From Squalus acanthias (lineage: Eukaryota), in the NCBI GenBank assembly GCA_030390025.1, contig CM059432.1, positions 35,280,001-35,344,000 on the forward strand: a DNA stretch of 64,000 nt, in the 5' to 3' direction. Below are positions 39,290 through 51,532 of this stretch, piece by piece. Positions within the stretch are counted from its first letter, which is position 1; every line of letters starts with the position of its first letter. Below the pieces are notes generated by a model that made no database searches, was not told where the DNA came from, and saw only the letters and a program-made list of their open reading frames with translations. Both the position numbers and the translations under genes were made by a program.

Positions 39290-41830
39290 TTTTAGGATGT
39301 AACAAAGGTACTTGATAAGGGTAAGGTAGTGGATGTGGTGTACTTGGGTTTCAGTAAGACCTTTAATACAGTTTCTCTGAAAAGGCCTATACTGAAAATA
39401 ACGAAAGCGGAAATCAGTGGAACTATTTACAATGGATATGTCATTGGTTGATTGATGGAACCCAGAGGGTGGTGGTACAGAGATTGTCATCAGGCTGGGA
39501 GATTGATTCAGTGGGTTCCCACACGGGTCTACTTTGGGACCTCATTTATTTAATATCTTCATAAATGACCTGGAGCTAGGAATCACAAGCACAGTTATTA
39601 AATTTGTAGATGATACAAAGCTAATGAAGGTGGCAGACATCAAAGCTGAACAGAAAAACTACAGGAAGATTTGAATATACTTGAGAATTGGGCAGACAGG
39701 TGGCAGATATAATTCAATGTACAGAAATGCAAAGTGCTTCACATGGGGACAAAAATTCCAGGAAGGCACTATTACTGAAATGGAAAGAAAATAATGCGCA
39801 TGGAAAATGAAAGAAATCTAAGGGTTCTGATAGCTTCAATTTATTGTCAATCGCAGCAATGCTCGGTGGCAGTGAATAAAGCAAATCAGAATTTGGGATG
39901 TATTAAAAGGGCAATATTGAGCTGAAAGTGAGGTAATCCTGCCACTTTATAAATCATTGGTGTGACTGCACTTAGAATACTGTGTATAGTTCTGGTCGCT
40001 TCAGTACAGGAAGGGTATTGTAGCTATTGAAAGGATACAGAGAGAGCAGCCAGAATGATTTAGAAAATGGAGGGATTGGATTATGAGGAACGATTATGCA
40101 AATTGGGCATATTCTCACTGGAAAAGAGAACCTTGGTAGGTGATATGATTGCTGTTTTTAGGATTCCAAAGGGCCTAGATAATGTAGACCATGACCAGCT
40201 GTTTCACCTTATCCAGAACAGTGGAACTAGAGGACACACTTGAAGGGGGTAAATTCAAAATTAATCTGTGGAAACAATGGCCTCAATATTAACCCCCATG
40301 ATGGCCTGGAGAGGGTCAGGGGGTGTTAATAATAACATAAGAATATATGAAATAGGAGCTGGAGGAGGCCATTTGGCCCTTCAAGCCTGCTCCGCCATTC
40401 AGCAAGATCATGGCTGATCTTCTACCTCAACTCCACCTTCCCGCACTATCCCCATATCCCTTAATTCCCTTCGTTCCCAAAAATTTATCGACCTCTGTCT
40501 TGAATATACTCAACGATGAGCATCCACAGCTCTCTGGGTTAGAGAATTCCAAAGATTCACAACCCTTTGAGTGAAGAAATTTCTCCTCATCTCAGTCCTA
40601 AATGGCCTACCTCTGTGACTGTGACCTTGTGTTCTAGATTCCCCAGCCAGGGGAAACATTTTCCCAGCATTAACCCTGTCAAGCCCCTTAAGAATTTTAT
40701 ATGTTTCAATTAGATCACCTCTCATTCTTCTAAACTCTAAGGAATATAGGCCTAGTCTACTCAATCTCTCCTCATAGGGCAATCCTCTCATCCCAGGAAC
40801 CAGTCTAATGAACCTTTGTTGCACTCTCTCTAAGGCAAGTATATCTTTCCTTAGGTAAGGAGACCAGAACTGTACACAGTACTCCAGGTGTGGCCTCACC
40901 AGTGCCCTGTATAATTGTAGTAAGACTTCTTTACTCTTATACTCTAATCCCTTTGTAACAAAAGCTGACATACCATTTGCTTTCCTAATTGCTTGTTGTA
41001 CCTGCATGTTATCTTTCTGTGATTCATGTACAAGGACACCCAGGTCCCTCTGAATGCAAACATTTCCTAATCTCTCACCATTCAACAAATATTTTGCTTT
41101 TTTGTTTTGAATATGGGGAAAGCATCCCCAATACACCGCGCACGTGCCGTCCTTTTTTTGCATCGACGGATATCGGGACATCCGAGTGTCCCGCCAAGGA
41201 GAGGCGGGGCACGTAATTAACATTTAAATCAGACTCCCACAATGCAATTGGGATCCCGATTTGAAATACACTGCTGCTGTGCTGGTTTCCCAGGGGTCGG
41301 GAAACCTGGCAGTGAAATGGAGGCGGGAACTGCCAGCTACACAAGGTAAGTGCCTTTTTCACCACTCCTTGTGGGCCAGGAGTTGCAGAAGTGCTCCCCT
41401 GGCCCCTCAAGGTAGACTTTAGCCTCTCCCAGCCTCAATCACCAATCTCCCCCAGCCCAGCCTTCCCAACATCTCTCTCTCCTCCCTCCTGATTGCTGGG
41501 CCTCTCCGACCTCCCGATTACCAAGGACAGTCCCCAAGAGTCCCCGGCTCTGGCCTCCTGCCACTGATGTTCCCTCCCAGCTGCAGCCAGACTATCTATT
41601 GGGCCAGCTGTCGGGCAGGAAACGGAGCTAAAAACTGTTAATGAGATCATACCGTTAAGTTCGGCAGGTCCTCTACGTGCCCAACCTTGCCGGGAGCTTC
41701 GGCCATCTTCGGCCTCCCCGCAAATATCAAGGCCAATATTTCAGTGAGCAAGTGGTAAATCTATGGAACAGGCTTCCTAGGAAGACAGTGGAAGCAGGTA
41801 GTATTGATTCATTCAATTGCAAATTAGATA
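39290..41830 (+). mobile_element. Old, highly diverged CR1 LINE (host of the MITE)
   Basis: Degenerate RT/C-terminal motifs (VDVVYL.F.K.F, GFPHGSTLGP, FVDDTKL, HLEYCV) with many stops. Confidence 0.75.
40279..41734. mobile_element. MITE with 3-bp TSD, containing a nested CR1 3' part (~40334-41110, -)
   Basis: TIRs ggcctcaatatt / aatatcaaggcc; TSD aat (40276-40278, 41735-41737). Removing it restores the host CR1 reading KINLWKQYFSEQVVNLWN. Confidence 0.75.
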
Positions 41831-42004
41831 GTAGATGATTAGTTTGTGACATGACATGTGGTAAGTGTAGTATGCTTGGGTGGAATAGGTGACTTTGGAC
41901 CTATGGTTCCCAAAGCTTTCCACCACTGGAAGGTTATCCATGCTTTTTGCCTGGTTAGTTGCAAACTAATTGATAGAGATTGATTGCTATGATTAATCAA
42001 CAAC

Positions 42005-43360
42005 TCATAGAATCATTGAATGGTTACAGCACAGGAGGCCATTATGGCCCGTCGAGCCCGTGCCGGCTCTCTGCAAGAGCAACTCAGCTAGTCCTCCGTC
42101 CCCCCCGCCCTTTCCTTGTAGCCCTGCAAATGTTTTTTCCTTCAGGTACTTATCCAATTCCCTTTTGAAAGCCACGATTGAGTCTGCCTCCACCACCCTC
42201 TCGGGCAGTGCATTCCAGATCATAACCACTCATTGCGTAAAAAAGTTTTTCCTCATGTCGCCTTTGGTTCTTCTGCCAATCACCTTTTAATCTGTGTCCT
42301 CTGGTTCTCGGCCCTTCCACCAATGGGAACAGTTTCTCTCTATCTACCCTGTCTAGACCCCTCATGATTTTGAACACCTCTATCAAATCTCCTCGCAATC
42401 TTCTCTGCTCTAAGGAGAACAACCCCAGCTTCTCTAGCCTATCCACGTAACTGAAGTCCCTCATCCCTGGAATCATTCTTGTAAATCTTTTCTGCACTCC
42501 ATCATCATTTTATCATGCGACTACCAGGAAGGTAGAAGGTGATCGGGTATCTGCCAAGACTCTGTTTCACTGCCTCTGCACCTGCTTAAAATCTGTTACA
42601 TCTCTAGCCTTTTCCAGTTCTGAAAAAGGGTTCCCAGACCTGAAACGTTAACTCTGTTTCTCTCTCCACAGATGCTGCCTGGCCTGCTGCGTGCTTCCAG
42701 CATTTTCTGTTATAACCAACAAACAATCCCAGTTTCTCCAATCTCTCCACATAACTGAAGTCTTTCATCCCTGGTATCATTCTGGTAAATCTCCCCTTAA
42801 CCTTCTCTGCTCTAAGGAGAACATAGGAACAGGAGGAGGCCATTAAGCCCCTCGAGCCTGTTCCGGCACTCAGTTAGATCATGGCTGATCAGTATCTTAA
42901 CTCCATCTACCTGCCTTGGTTCCGTAACCCTTAATACCCTTACCCAACAAGAATCCATCACTCTTAGTCTTGAAACTTTCAATTAATCCCCAGCCTCAAC
43001 AGCATTTTGGGGGAGAGAGTGTTCCAGATTTCCACTACCCTTTGTGTGAAAAAGTGCTTCCTGACATCACCCCTGAACAGCCTAGCTCTAATTTTAAGGT
43101 TATGCCCCCTTGTTCTGGACTCCCCCCACCAGGGGAAATAGTTTCTCTATCTACCCTGTCAACTCCTTTAATCATCTTGAACACCTCAATTAGTTCACCC
43201 CTTAGCCTTCTATATTCAAAGGAATACAAGCCTAGTCTATGCAACCTGTCATCATAATTTGACCCTTTTAGGCTCAATATCATTCTGGTGAATCTGCGCT
43301 GCACCCCCTCCAAGGCCAATATATCCTTCCTGAGGTGCGGTGCCCAGAAATGAACGCAGT
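42005..43360 (-). mobile_element. Stack of CR1 3' fragments (around the Penelope fragment)
   Basis: ORFs 42150-42497, 42005-42229 and 43035-43319 with CR1 C-terminal motifs. Confidence 0.8.
42540..42712 (+). mobile_element. Penelope-like terminal fragment with a degenerate hammerhead
   Basis: cagttctgaaaaagggttcccagacctgaaacgttaactctgtttctctctccacagatgctgcc, homologous to 13125-13215. Confidence 0.7.
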
Positions 43361-43799
43361 TACTTCAGATAGTGGTCCAAGCAGAGGAGCAATGCCAGGG
43401 GAGGGAATGAGGGGTTTGGGGGGCGGGGGATACTAACTCCTGGGTTGTGTCGGAGGGAGAGGGGGAGGCTAATAACTCCTGCCACATTCCCACGATTTTA
43501 TTTTATTATTCCAGCACATTAAAAATGTATTTTTTTACGACAAATATATATTTAGTTTTATAGGATCTCCTGCTTTTCTAAGTTTCGAATTGTCTGTTTT
43601 CTCTCGTTCCGATCTCCGACGTTTACCAGTGCCGTTAAAAACCTCTCTGACTGCTCGGAAGAGAGAGAGGAACAATCAATTAAACAGCACTGTCTCTGAA
43701 AAAAACAACTACTGGCATTGTGACATCATCATGGCATGATGCAACACATTCCTCAGAAGGCTTACTGTGCAACCAACCCCTGAGAAACAGAGTTATACT

Positions 43800-44600
43800 G
43801 CAGCCTGTATCTCTGTATCTGCTCTCTCTCTCTCACTGTCTCTTCTGTATCTTAGTATCTGCTCTTTCTCTTGCTTTCTATGTTGTATTTCTATATCTCT
43901 TTCTCTGTCTGTTCTGTATCTGCTCTTTCTCTGCTTTATCTCTGTATAAACTCTTTTTCTCATTTTCTCTGCTGTATCTCTGTAGCTGCTCTTTCTCACT
44001 CGTCTCTGCAGTATCTCTCGCTTGTGTCTGCTTCTCTCTGTCTCTGGCTCTCTCTGCCTCTTTTCTCTGTGCCCTTGGTGTGTCTTTCTCCTTTGTCAGT
44101 GACTCAGTGTTCTAACTCTCCTTTCCCTCTGCTCTTTCTCTGTCTCCATTTTCTCACTGTGCCTTCCCTTACGCATTCTCTCTCTGCTCTCTCTCACTGT
44201 CTCTGCTGTATCTCTGTATCTGCTCTTTCTCTCGTTGATTCTGATGTATCTCTGTATTTGCTCGTTCCCTTGTTGTCTCTATTTGCTCTCTTTCTCTTGC
44301 GGTCTGCTTCCTCTCTGATGTCTTTCTCCATCCTTTTTCTGTGTGCCTTCTGTTTTTTGTGTCTCTTTCTCTCTCCTCTGTTTATATCTCTCTTCTGTCT
44401 TCTGCTTGTGTCTGCTTCTCTGTCTCTCTGTGCCTCTTTCCTGTCTGTGTCCTTGGTGTGTCTTTCTCCTTTGTCGGTGGCTCAGTGTTCTCACTCTCCT
44501 TTCGCTCTGCTCTTTCTGTCTCCATTTTCTCACAGTGCCTTTCTTTTCTGTATATGCATTCTCTCTCTAACTACTTTCTCTTTTCCTCAGCTGTTTTTAT
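43800..44600. repeat. CT-rich low-complexity tract with an internal duplication
   Basis: (tctc/tctg)-rich; an ~85-bp block ccttggtgtgtctttctcctttgtc... occurs at ~44073 and ~44451. Confidence 0.85.
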
Positions 44601-45200
44601 GATTCCCTACCCTCTCAAGCTATCTCTGATTTTCTCTGCTTTCCCCATAGAACTCACTCCAGACACCGACTATCCTCTATGGATCTCACTCCAGACACTC
44701 ACTATCCTCTATATAACTAACTCAAAGCCTACTATCCTCTTTGTAACTTACTGCAGACACTATCTCCTATTTAACTCACTCCAGACACCCATGACCCCTC
44801 AGCTTTTCACCATATTTATTAATTACGGATGAAGGAATAGAGAGTTGTATAGCCGAGTGCGAATATGACACTAAGTTAGGAGGGACAGTAAGTAGTGCAG
44901 ATGGGTGCAGGAAGTTGCAAAGGGACATTGATAAATTAAGTGAGTGTACAAAACTGGCAGATGGAGTTCAGTGTGGCCAAATGTGAGGTCATCCACTTTG
45001 AACCCAAGAAAGATAAACCAGAGTTTTTTCTAAATGATGGGAAACTAGGAACTGTAGAGGAGCAAAGCGATTTGGAAGTTCAAGGACACAAATCAATTAA
45101 AGCTAGTGGACAGGTACAAAAAGCAATCAAAAAGGCTAATGGAATGTTGGCCTTTATCTCAAGGGAGCTGGAATATAATGGGGAGGAAGTGAGTTGTCCT

Positions 45201-45418
45201 CTGTGTAACTCACTCCAAACACGCACTATCCCCTGTGTAACTCACTCCAAACACGCACTATCCCCTGTGTAACTCACTCCAAACACCCACTATCCCCTGT
45301 GTAACTCACTCCAAACACCCACTATCCCCTGTGTAACTCACTCCAAACACCCACTATCCCCTGTGTAACTCACTCCAAACACCCACTATCCCCTGTGTAA
45401 CTCACTCCAAACACCCAC
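45201..45418. repeat. 32-bp minisatellite, ~7 copies; older degenerate units at ~44650-44795
   Basis: ctgtgtaactcactccaaacacccactatccc. Confidence 0.93.
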
Positions 45419-46489
45419 AGAGCACATTTAATCTATTAATTGAATCCCAATTTTCCCATTTTTATCTGCAGCCCCAACATTACTGAGAAAGGCGGCAATG
45501 CACAGACTTTCAAGCCAGAGAAATTAGCAGGTCTCCAGGTCTAGAGAAACCCCCAATCAGCGACCAAATGTCACCCTTTCAACATGCTGTGGTTTTGACA
45601 TGCGATCCTCTATGTAACTCATTTCCAGCTCCAGGTACCTATTAGTACAGACACTTGCTCCTCCCTGTATCCTCAGTGTTGAAATTAAAGCTCATCGCAC
45701 TGTCTCCCACTCTGACTTATTCTTTCCCAGCACCTCAAAACAGTAGAACTCGTTACCTCCCTCAATATTCCTTTTCCCCTACAATCTGCAGGGTTTTAAT
45801 TCCCAAGTATGGTGCCATCTAAACACGATTTCCTCTTTCAACCTAACCTTTCCTACTACTTTTCACAACCTTAGCGGTGTCCTGCACTCTGGGCCATGGC
45901 TCATCACCTTAGCTGCTCATAAAGTATTATGATGATATTCATGCTCACTGGCATGTTGTATATTTTTCTTATATTTCTATTTATATAGCAGCTCATCATG
46001 TTGTCCACGTGTCCCAGTGCTGTGACTGATATGCAGGGAAATACAGCAGCCATTTTGTGCCAGGAACACCCCACAGACACCATGGTGTTCAGTTTTGTCC
46101 TCCCCTCTTTGAGACATCTTTCTGTGCCGGAGGAGAGCTACAGAAATGTTCTTTGTTGCTCTGATGATAGGCTAATTAACCTGCTTTGGGTTTTTTGGTG
46201 ATGTTGGTTGAGTGATAAATGTTCGAATAGTGCCACAGGATCTTTTAAGTCCACCTGAACAGGTAGATGGTGATGTGGCTTAATGTTTTGTTTGAAAGCT
46301 GGCACCTCTGACAATGTAGCATTCCCTCAGTACTGCACTGGATTGTCAGCCTAAATTATACCCGGTGTGGACTTCAAGCCCTCTGACCAAGAAGCAAAGC
46401 TCCTACCCAACTGAGCCAAGCTGACACATTTCATTCAGTTATCTTTTAGATAAACTATGGCACACTTTGCTTTCCTGGCAACTAAAGAA

Positions 46490-46936
46490 ATATCTTGCAT
46501 TTATATAGCGTCTTTCATGACATCAAAACATCCAAATCGCTTTACAGCCAATGAAGTACTTTTTTTAAATGCAGCCACTGTTATAATGTAGGAAACATGG
46601 CAGCCAATTTGTGCACAGCAAGGTCCCACAAACAGCAATGAGATAAATGGCCAGATAATCCATTTTGGTGGTGTTGGTTGAGAGGTAAATGTTGGCTAGG
46701 ACACCGGGAGAACTCCCCTGCTCTTCTCCGAAAAGTGCGGCGGGATATTTTACGCCACCTGAGAGGTCAGACAGGGCCTCGCTTTCTGAAGGATGGGACC
46801 TCCAACAGTGCAGCACTCCCTCAGCACTGCACTGAAGTGTCGGCCTAGATTTTTGTGCTCAAGTCACGGGAGTGGAGCTTGAATCCACAACCGTCTGGCC
46901 CTGAGGCAAGTGTGCTACCACTGAGCCACGGCTGAA
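46490..46936 (-). mobile_element. Deu-domain SINE copy (a more degenerate copy is adjacent at ~45980-46426)
   Basis: Colinear with 33066-33532. Confidence 0.75.
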
Positions 46937-47654
46937 ATGACACACGAAAAGACACCTGCCAAATCTTACTCAGTTGGGAGCGGGGTTCAGTCATTTATGT
47001 TTTAATTTGATGTATCTCAATAACAGCCCTGTGTGTTTGAAAGGGTTTGTGATCAGCCTCTGTTTTATCATAAATTTCACCGGGAATCCTGTCAGCTGTG
47101 GCAAAACAGCATTTCATTTTACTTAAGGTCCGAGGACTGTAATCGGCCTTAGCTTCCATTAGGCTTCAGTACAATACACTGTGGTTTAAAATAAGGCATC
47201 CTTGAGTGTACTTGTTAAGCTTATCAGCTGTGTTATATAACCTGACACCAACTACCAGCCTTAATCTTTAAATCAGAACCCACAGATTGGTACAGTATAA
47301 TCATGGACGCAAGCAGAGATTTAATTTTAATTATAAAAATAGATATTACGTCTGAACGTGGTAAGGCACTGCATTCTGCAGTGATCTATCTGTTAATGGC
47401 GCTTTAAATGGTGCATTCAGAACTCAAAAGCAGGTTTCAGAGAATCATGACATTCTTCTGATTTGTCCCTCCCTCGATATAAAATGTCTGTCACACATAG
47501 TCCCCCATTACAAAAAATATTAGAATTTCTGCATCAAGAGGGGGGAGTACAACATTAAGATTGTTAAGCAGCAATCCTGTGAAAAAAAAAAATCCAATAT
47601 AAATTAAAATAGATGAAATCCTACCACCCCCCTCCCCCCACCCCCCGGACTCAC

Positions 47655-47724
47655 CTGGGCTTCTTTGCTTAGGTTGGAACTCCTGATGTAGACTCGCTGC
47701 ATCCTTCGCCGCATCCCCAGGCAT
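47655..47724 (-). CDS. nacad: NACAD first coding exon (MPGDAAKDAASLHQEFQPKQRSP + 1 nt)
   Basis: ATG at 47724 with A at -3. Canonical donor CAG|GTGAGT (intron starts at 47654). 70 nt = phase 1. The N-terminus MPGDAA resembles the human NACAD start MPGEAA (recalled). Splices in frame (G|AC = Asp) to the acceptor at 11382. Confidence 0.8.
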
Positions 47725-48400
47725 TGTCGAGCTGGATCTCAGGATTAATGCTGAGGATTCATTTAGGCGGAGCAGCCAGCTTGTGTTGTTTGGTATCCCT
47801 CCACCTCGTCCTCACCAATGCTGTCGAGTTGGGGGAGGGGGTGGAGGGGGGGGGGGGGGCGGGTGGTGAGAGAGCAAACGTGTGCTGGGTGCTGCGTGTG
47901 TTTGTGTGCGTGCTTGGAACTGAGAGTGCGCTGCACCAGCATCCCTTCTGACAGTGCACTGTACTGTACTTAGCTGTGTCATGCTGGATGATGTCAGCAG
48001 GATTCAGGAGAAAATCAGGGCGTGTACCAGGCACTGCAGAGCGAGAGAGAGAGATGGGGAGAGAGAGAGAGAGAGAGAGAGAGCTCAATACTGCAGAAAA
48101 TAAGGCCACTTTTCCAGCACCTGCCATATTGCATCACCCAGACCTCTTTTTTCCATTTAAAGATAAACCATATTTTGCTCTGCTTTCCACAAGCCTATTT
48201 CAGTCTTTGTTGGATGTTCATGCTTCACCCTTCATTAAATATTCATTTAGATTCAAGCAGTGTCTTTTTAATACATCAGCAGGGGTGTCACCAGCAATAA
48301 TCACCAAGGCACAAAGACCATCAATGAGGCAGCTGGGAAGGGGGGAGGAGAGACAGGGTGGTTGGGGGGGGGGGGGGGGATTTCTCTTTTAAAGTGAAAA
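47725..48400 (-). promoter_or_regulatory. Probable NACAD 5' UTR / proximal promoter, with a (GA)n microsatellite at ~48040-48085
   Basis: Unique, TE-free sequence directly upstream of the ATG, with G-runs and a GA repeat. The TSS cannot be determined from sequence. Confidence 0.45.
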
Positions 48401-49427
48401 AATATATAATTAATCCCTGCCTGGGTAATAACTGAAAGAGATGACTCAATTGGAAAGGAAACTGCAAACGTCAGAAATCGGAAATAAAATATTTTTAAAT
48501 GCTCAGCAGGTCTGCCAGCGACTGGAAAGAGGCGAGCTGTGTTAACATTTCAGGCAGGCATCCTTCGCCTGACGCACACTCGAAAAATTCATCCGCCTTT
48601 TCAGACTCTGTACATCCTTCGCACTTTTTTTTTTAATTAGAAAGCCGTCGGGCAGAATTTCTCAGATAGTGAGTGCAAGACATGTAGGACAATACAGGAA
48701 AGGCAGGGGCTGAGCTTGGGCCTGCTTGTGTCAGAGGGGTTGTACCTGTTCATGTGTGAACAGGGGGCAGTGGGTTATTTCTGTTCTATTCAAACCCTCA
48801 TTATAAAATGTTACCAACAACAACAACTTGCATTTATATAGCGCCTCTAACATAGTAAAACTTCCCAAGGAGCTTCACAGGAGCGTATCAATCAAAGCAG
48901 GGGAGGCCAATATTTATCCCTCAACCAATACCGCTAAAACAGATTCTCTGGTCATTTATCTCAGTACTGTTTGTGGGATCTTACTGTGCGTGAATTGGTG
49001 TTTACAACAGTGACTTCACTTCAAAATTACATCATTAGCTGTGAAGCACTTTAGGATATCGTATGGTCATGAAAGGTGCTATGTAAATGCAAGTTCATTC
49101 TTATTAATTCAGAAAAACAAAACAAAATGGATTCTGTTAGTTACTAGCTCCATTCCCTCCCACTCCAACATCCACCCTCGCTACTTACCTCATATCCAAA
49201 ATCTATGTTTCTTTTTCCTCCTTTTTCTCCCCTCCTCCCAGGGTTATGGCTGAATGGCACTGGCATCTGCCCAGTACATTGCCTATTTCTCACGAGGCAG
49301 ACTGCATGATGAGTGTCAGTGGGATATTTGACCATGGGGGGTGTCCAGCATCTGTGAGTGTGCATTTCTAATGGGGATCATTGGATAGGAACCCTGCCTG
49401 ATTTTTCTACCCCTGGGAACTTCCTTT

Positions 49428-49790
49428 TTTTAAAAATTAATTCTCAGAATGTGGATGTCGCTGAAAAGGCTGGTATTTATTGCCCATCCCTAGTTGCCCT
49501 TGAGAAGGTGATGATAGGCCTTCTTCTTGAACCGCTGAAGTCGATGTGGCGAAGGTGCTCCGATAATACTGTTAGGTTATGAGTTCCAGGATTTTGACCT
49601 AGCGACGATAAAGGAATGGCAATATATGTCCAAGTCAGGATGTGACTTGGAGGGGAACTTGGAGGTGATGGTGTTTCCATGCGCCTGTTGTCCTTCCCCT
49701 TTGAGGTAATGGAAGTCATGGGATTGAGAGGTGCTGCCGAAGAAACCTAGGTGAGTTGATACAGTGTATCCTATAGATTGTGCACACTAT
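49428..49790 (-). mobile_element. Older 3' fragment of the same LINE family
   Basis: Diverged match to 18050-18410 (tail tttattgcccatccctagttgcccttgagaaggtg). Confidence 0.75.
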
Positions 49791-49982
49791 AAGACTCAGT
49801 ACCATGCTAGCCACCAGGAAGTTTCCAACCAAATTATGTTTGTTAAATAGAACCATTGTTTTGAGGGTTTAAAATTCTTCTATTTTTCCCTTGTATAGGT
49901 CAGTACCTCCTGCAGCTGAGAGGTAGAGTGGCAGGTCCAAGGTTTCTGCCAATTACTCCCTTCAGCTGACCACTGGAGGATA

Positions 49983-50342
49983 TTTTTTTTCGTTCTCAGG
50001 ATGTGGGCGTTGTTGATAAGGCTGGCATTTATTGCCCATCCCTAGTTGCCCAGGTTTGATACAACTGAGTGGCTTGCTAGGCCACTTAGAAGGCAGTTAG
50101 GAGTCGACCATATGTGTGGGGCTGGAGTCACATATAGGCCAGACCAAGTAGGGACATCAGGTTTCCTTCTCTAAAGGACATCAGTGAACCAGTTGAGTTT
50201 TTACAACAATCCAATAGTTTCATGGTCACTTTTACTAATACCAGAAACTGAATTCAAATTTTCAAACTGCCATGGTGAGCTTTGACCTCACGTTCCCCGG
50301 ATTATTAGTCCAGTCGCATAATCACTGCACTACCATACCCTT
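49983..50342 (-). mobile_element. tRNA-headed SINE consisting of the 5' UTR + 3' tail of the single-ORF LINE
   Basis: Reverse complement reads gggtatggtagtgcagtg..ctggactaataatcc..., follows the LINE 5' UTR to ccactcagttgtatcaaac, then joins directly to the LINE 3' tail gggcaactagggatgggcaataaatg...gcccacatcc. Confidence 0.8.
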
Positions 50343-50629
50343 GTGGCAAAACAGCCCAAGAACAACTCACCATCGGATTCCCAAACACCCCATCACGAAG
50401 GTGACTTGCCTCCAATCAGAGCTTCCACTTCAGCGGCCTGGCTGAGGTTAGCATCGACCAGAAATCAAACCTGGGACCTTCCAGGTCCATATGACTCTGG
50501 ACCACACTCTGCTCCCTTTAGGTGCTACTTCCAATCCAATACAAACAGTCCTCAATCCCAAGACAGTTCTACCAAATGGTTGGGCATCATTGCTTCAAAA
50601 CCATTTCCTGATGTTGTTGTAGGGTCTTT

Positions 50630-50999
50630 GGGGGAAAAATTCAGTTGGTTGCACCTCCCGTTAGCGCCTTAAGAGGGCGCTAATGGGGCGCAAAGCAACT
50701 AGCGCCCGTGCGCGGCAATGTTTGCGCTGCTCGCGAAATTAACTAGACATTTTGCGGCGGCGCTAAACACTACCGCCACGATCTCCTGCGCTGGCAGATC
50801 GTGACGTCAGTCGAGTGTGCAACGCCCCGGTATCGCCCCGGAGCGGATATTGAGTGGCGCCCCCTGCCTTACCGCCTGCCGCTAGCAACGACAGGTTGAG
50901 GGGAGCGTTTTGCCGTCAGGAAGGGACTGGGGGAGCGCTATTTAAAGGCGACCGCTTCCTGCCTTTTATTGTTGGTGACATTTTTGAACCACGCATTCT

Positions 51000-51030
<31 letters not shown>

Positions 51031-51532
51031 CTGGAGAGATTCAACGCTGTGTGAAGGAGTTTTGGGTACTGAGCAGCACTTTGCAGGTTCATTTTGATTT
51101 GCCCTTCCTTGTATCGATTTAGAAGAGATTGTGGGGGCTGCACTCTGAGCTCTTTCCCTGGGTCTCTCCATTGTTCTTTCCAGCAGATTTGATGTGCAGG
51201 TCTCTCCAGGCCGAGATTCAAGGCTGCAATGAGCAGGATGTGGATGGAAAGCAAGATCAACCATCCCCTTTAAGAACTGGCCCGCGCCATTGTGTGTGTG
51301 TTCCATTGCTGACTGACATCACATGAGCTTCGCCAGCGGTCTGAGTTAGCGCCTCGCTCCTCGGCCTTTGCGCCGTAAGACAGGTGTGAAGTGCCTGATT
51401 TAGTGCTCCAATCACCTCCAGGGGCGATAAAAGTCAAGTTTGCAGTTGGTGGTGATAATTAGCGCCAGGCGCTAATCTTTGCGCCCGGCCGATAATTGCG
51501 CCCCAAATGGGGCGATACTGAATTTCTTCCCC
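50630..51532. mobile_element. Related Harbinger-type non-autonomous DNA transposon with internal (GA)n
   Basis: TIRs gggggaaaaattcag / ctgaatttcttcccc; 3-bp TTT on both sides; shares ttgcacctcccgttagcgcc with ~35283-35302 (reverse complement). Confidence 0.75.

Noticed and set aside
43720..44832. Leu/Ser/Cys/Phe-rich 'membrane protein' ORFs
   Set aside because: Translations of the CT-rich low-complexity tract.
47759..48127. 122-aa ORF upstream of exon 1 as a separate gene
   Set aside because: Built largely from a (CT)n microsatellite and C-runs; no recognisable homology.
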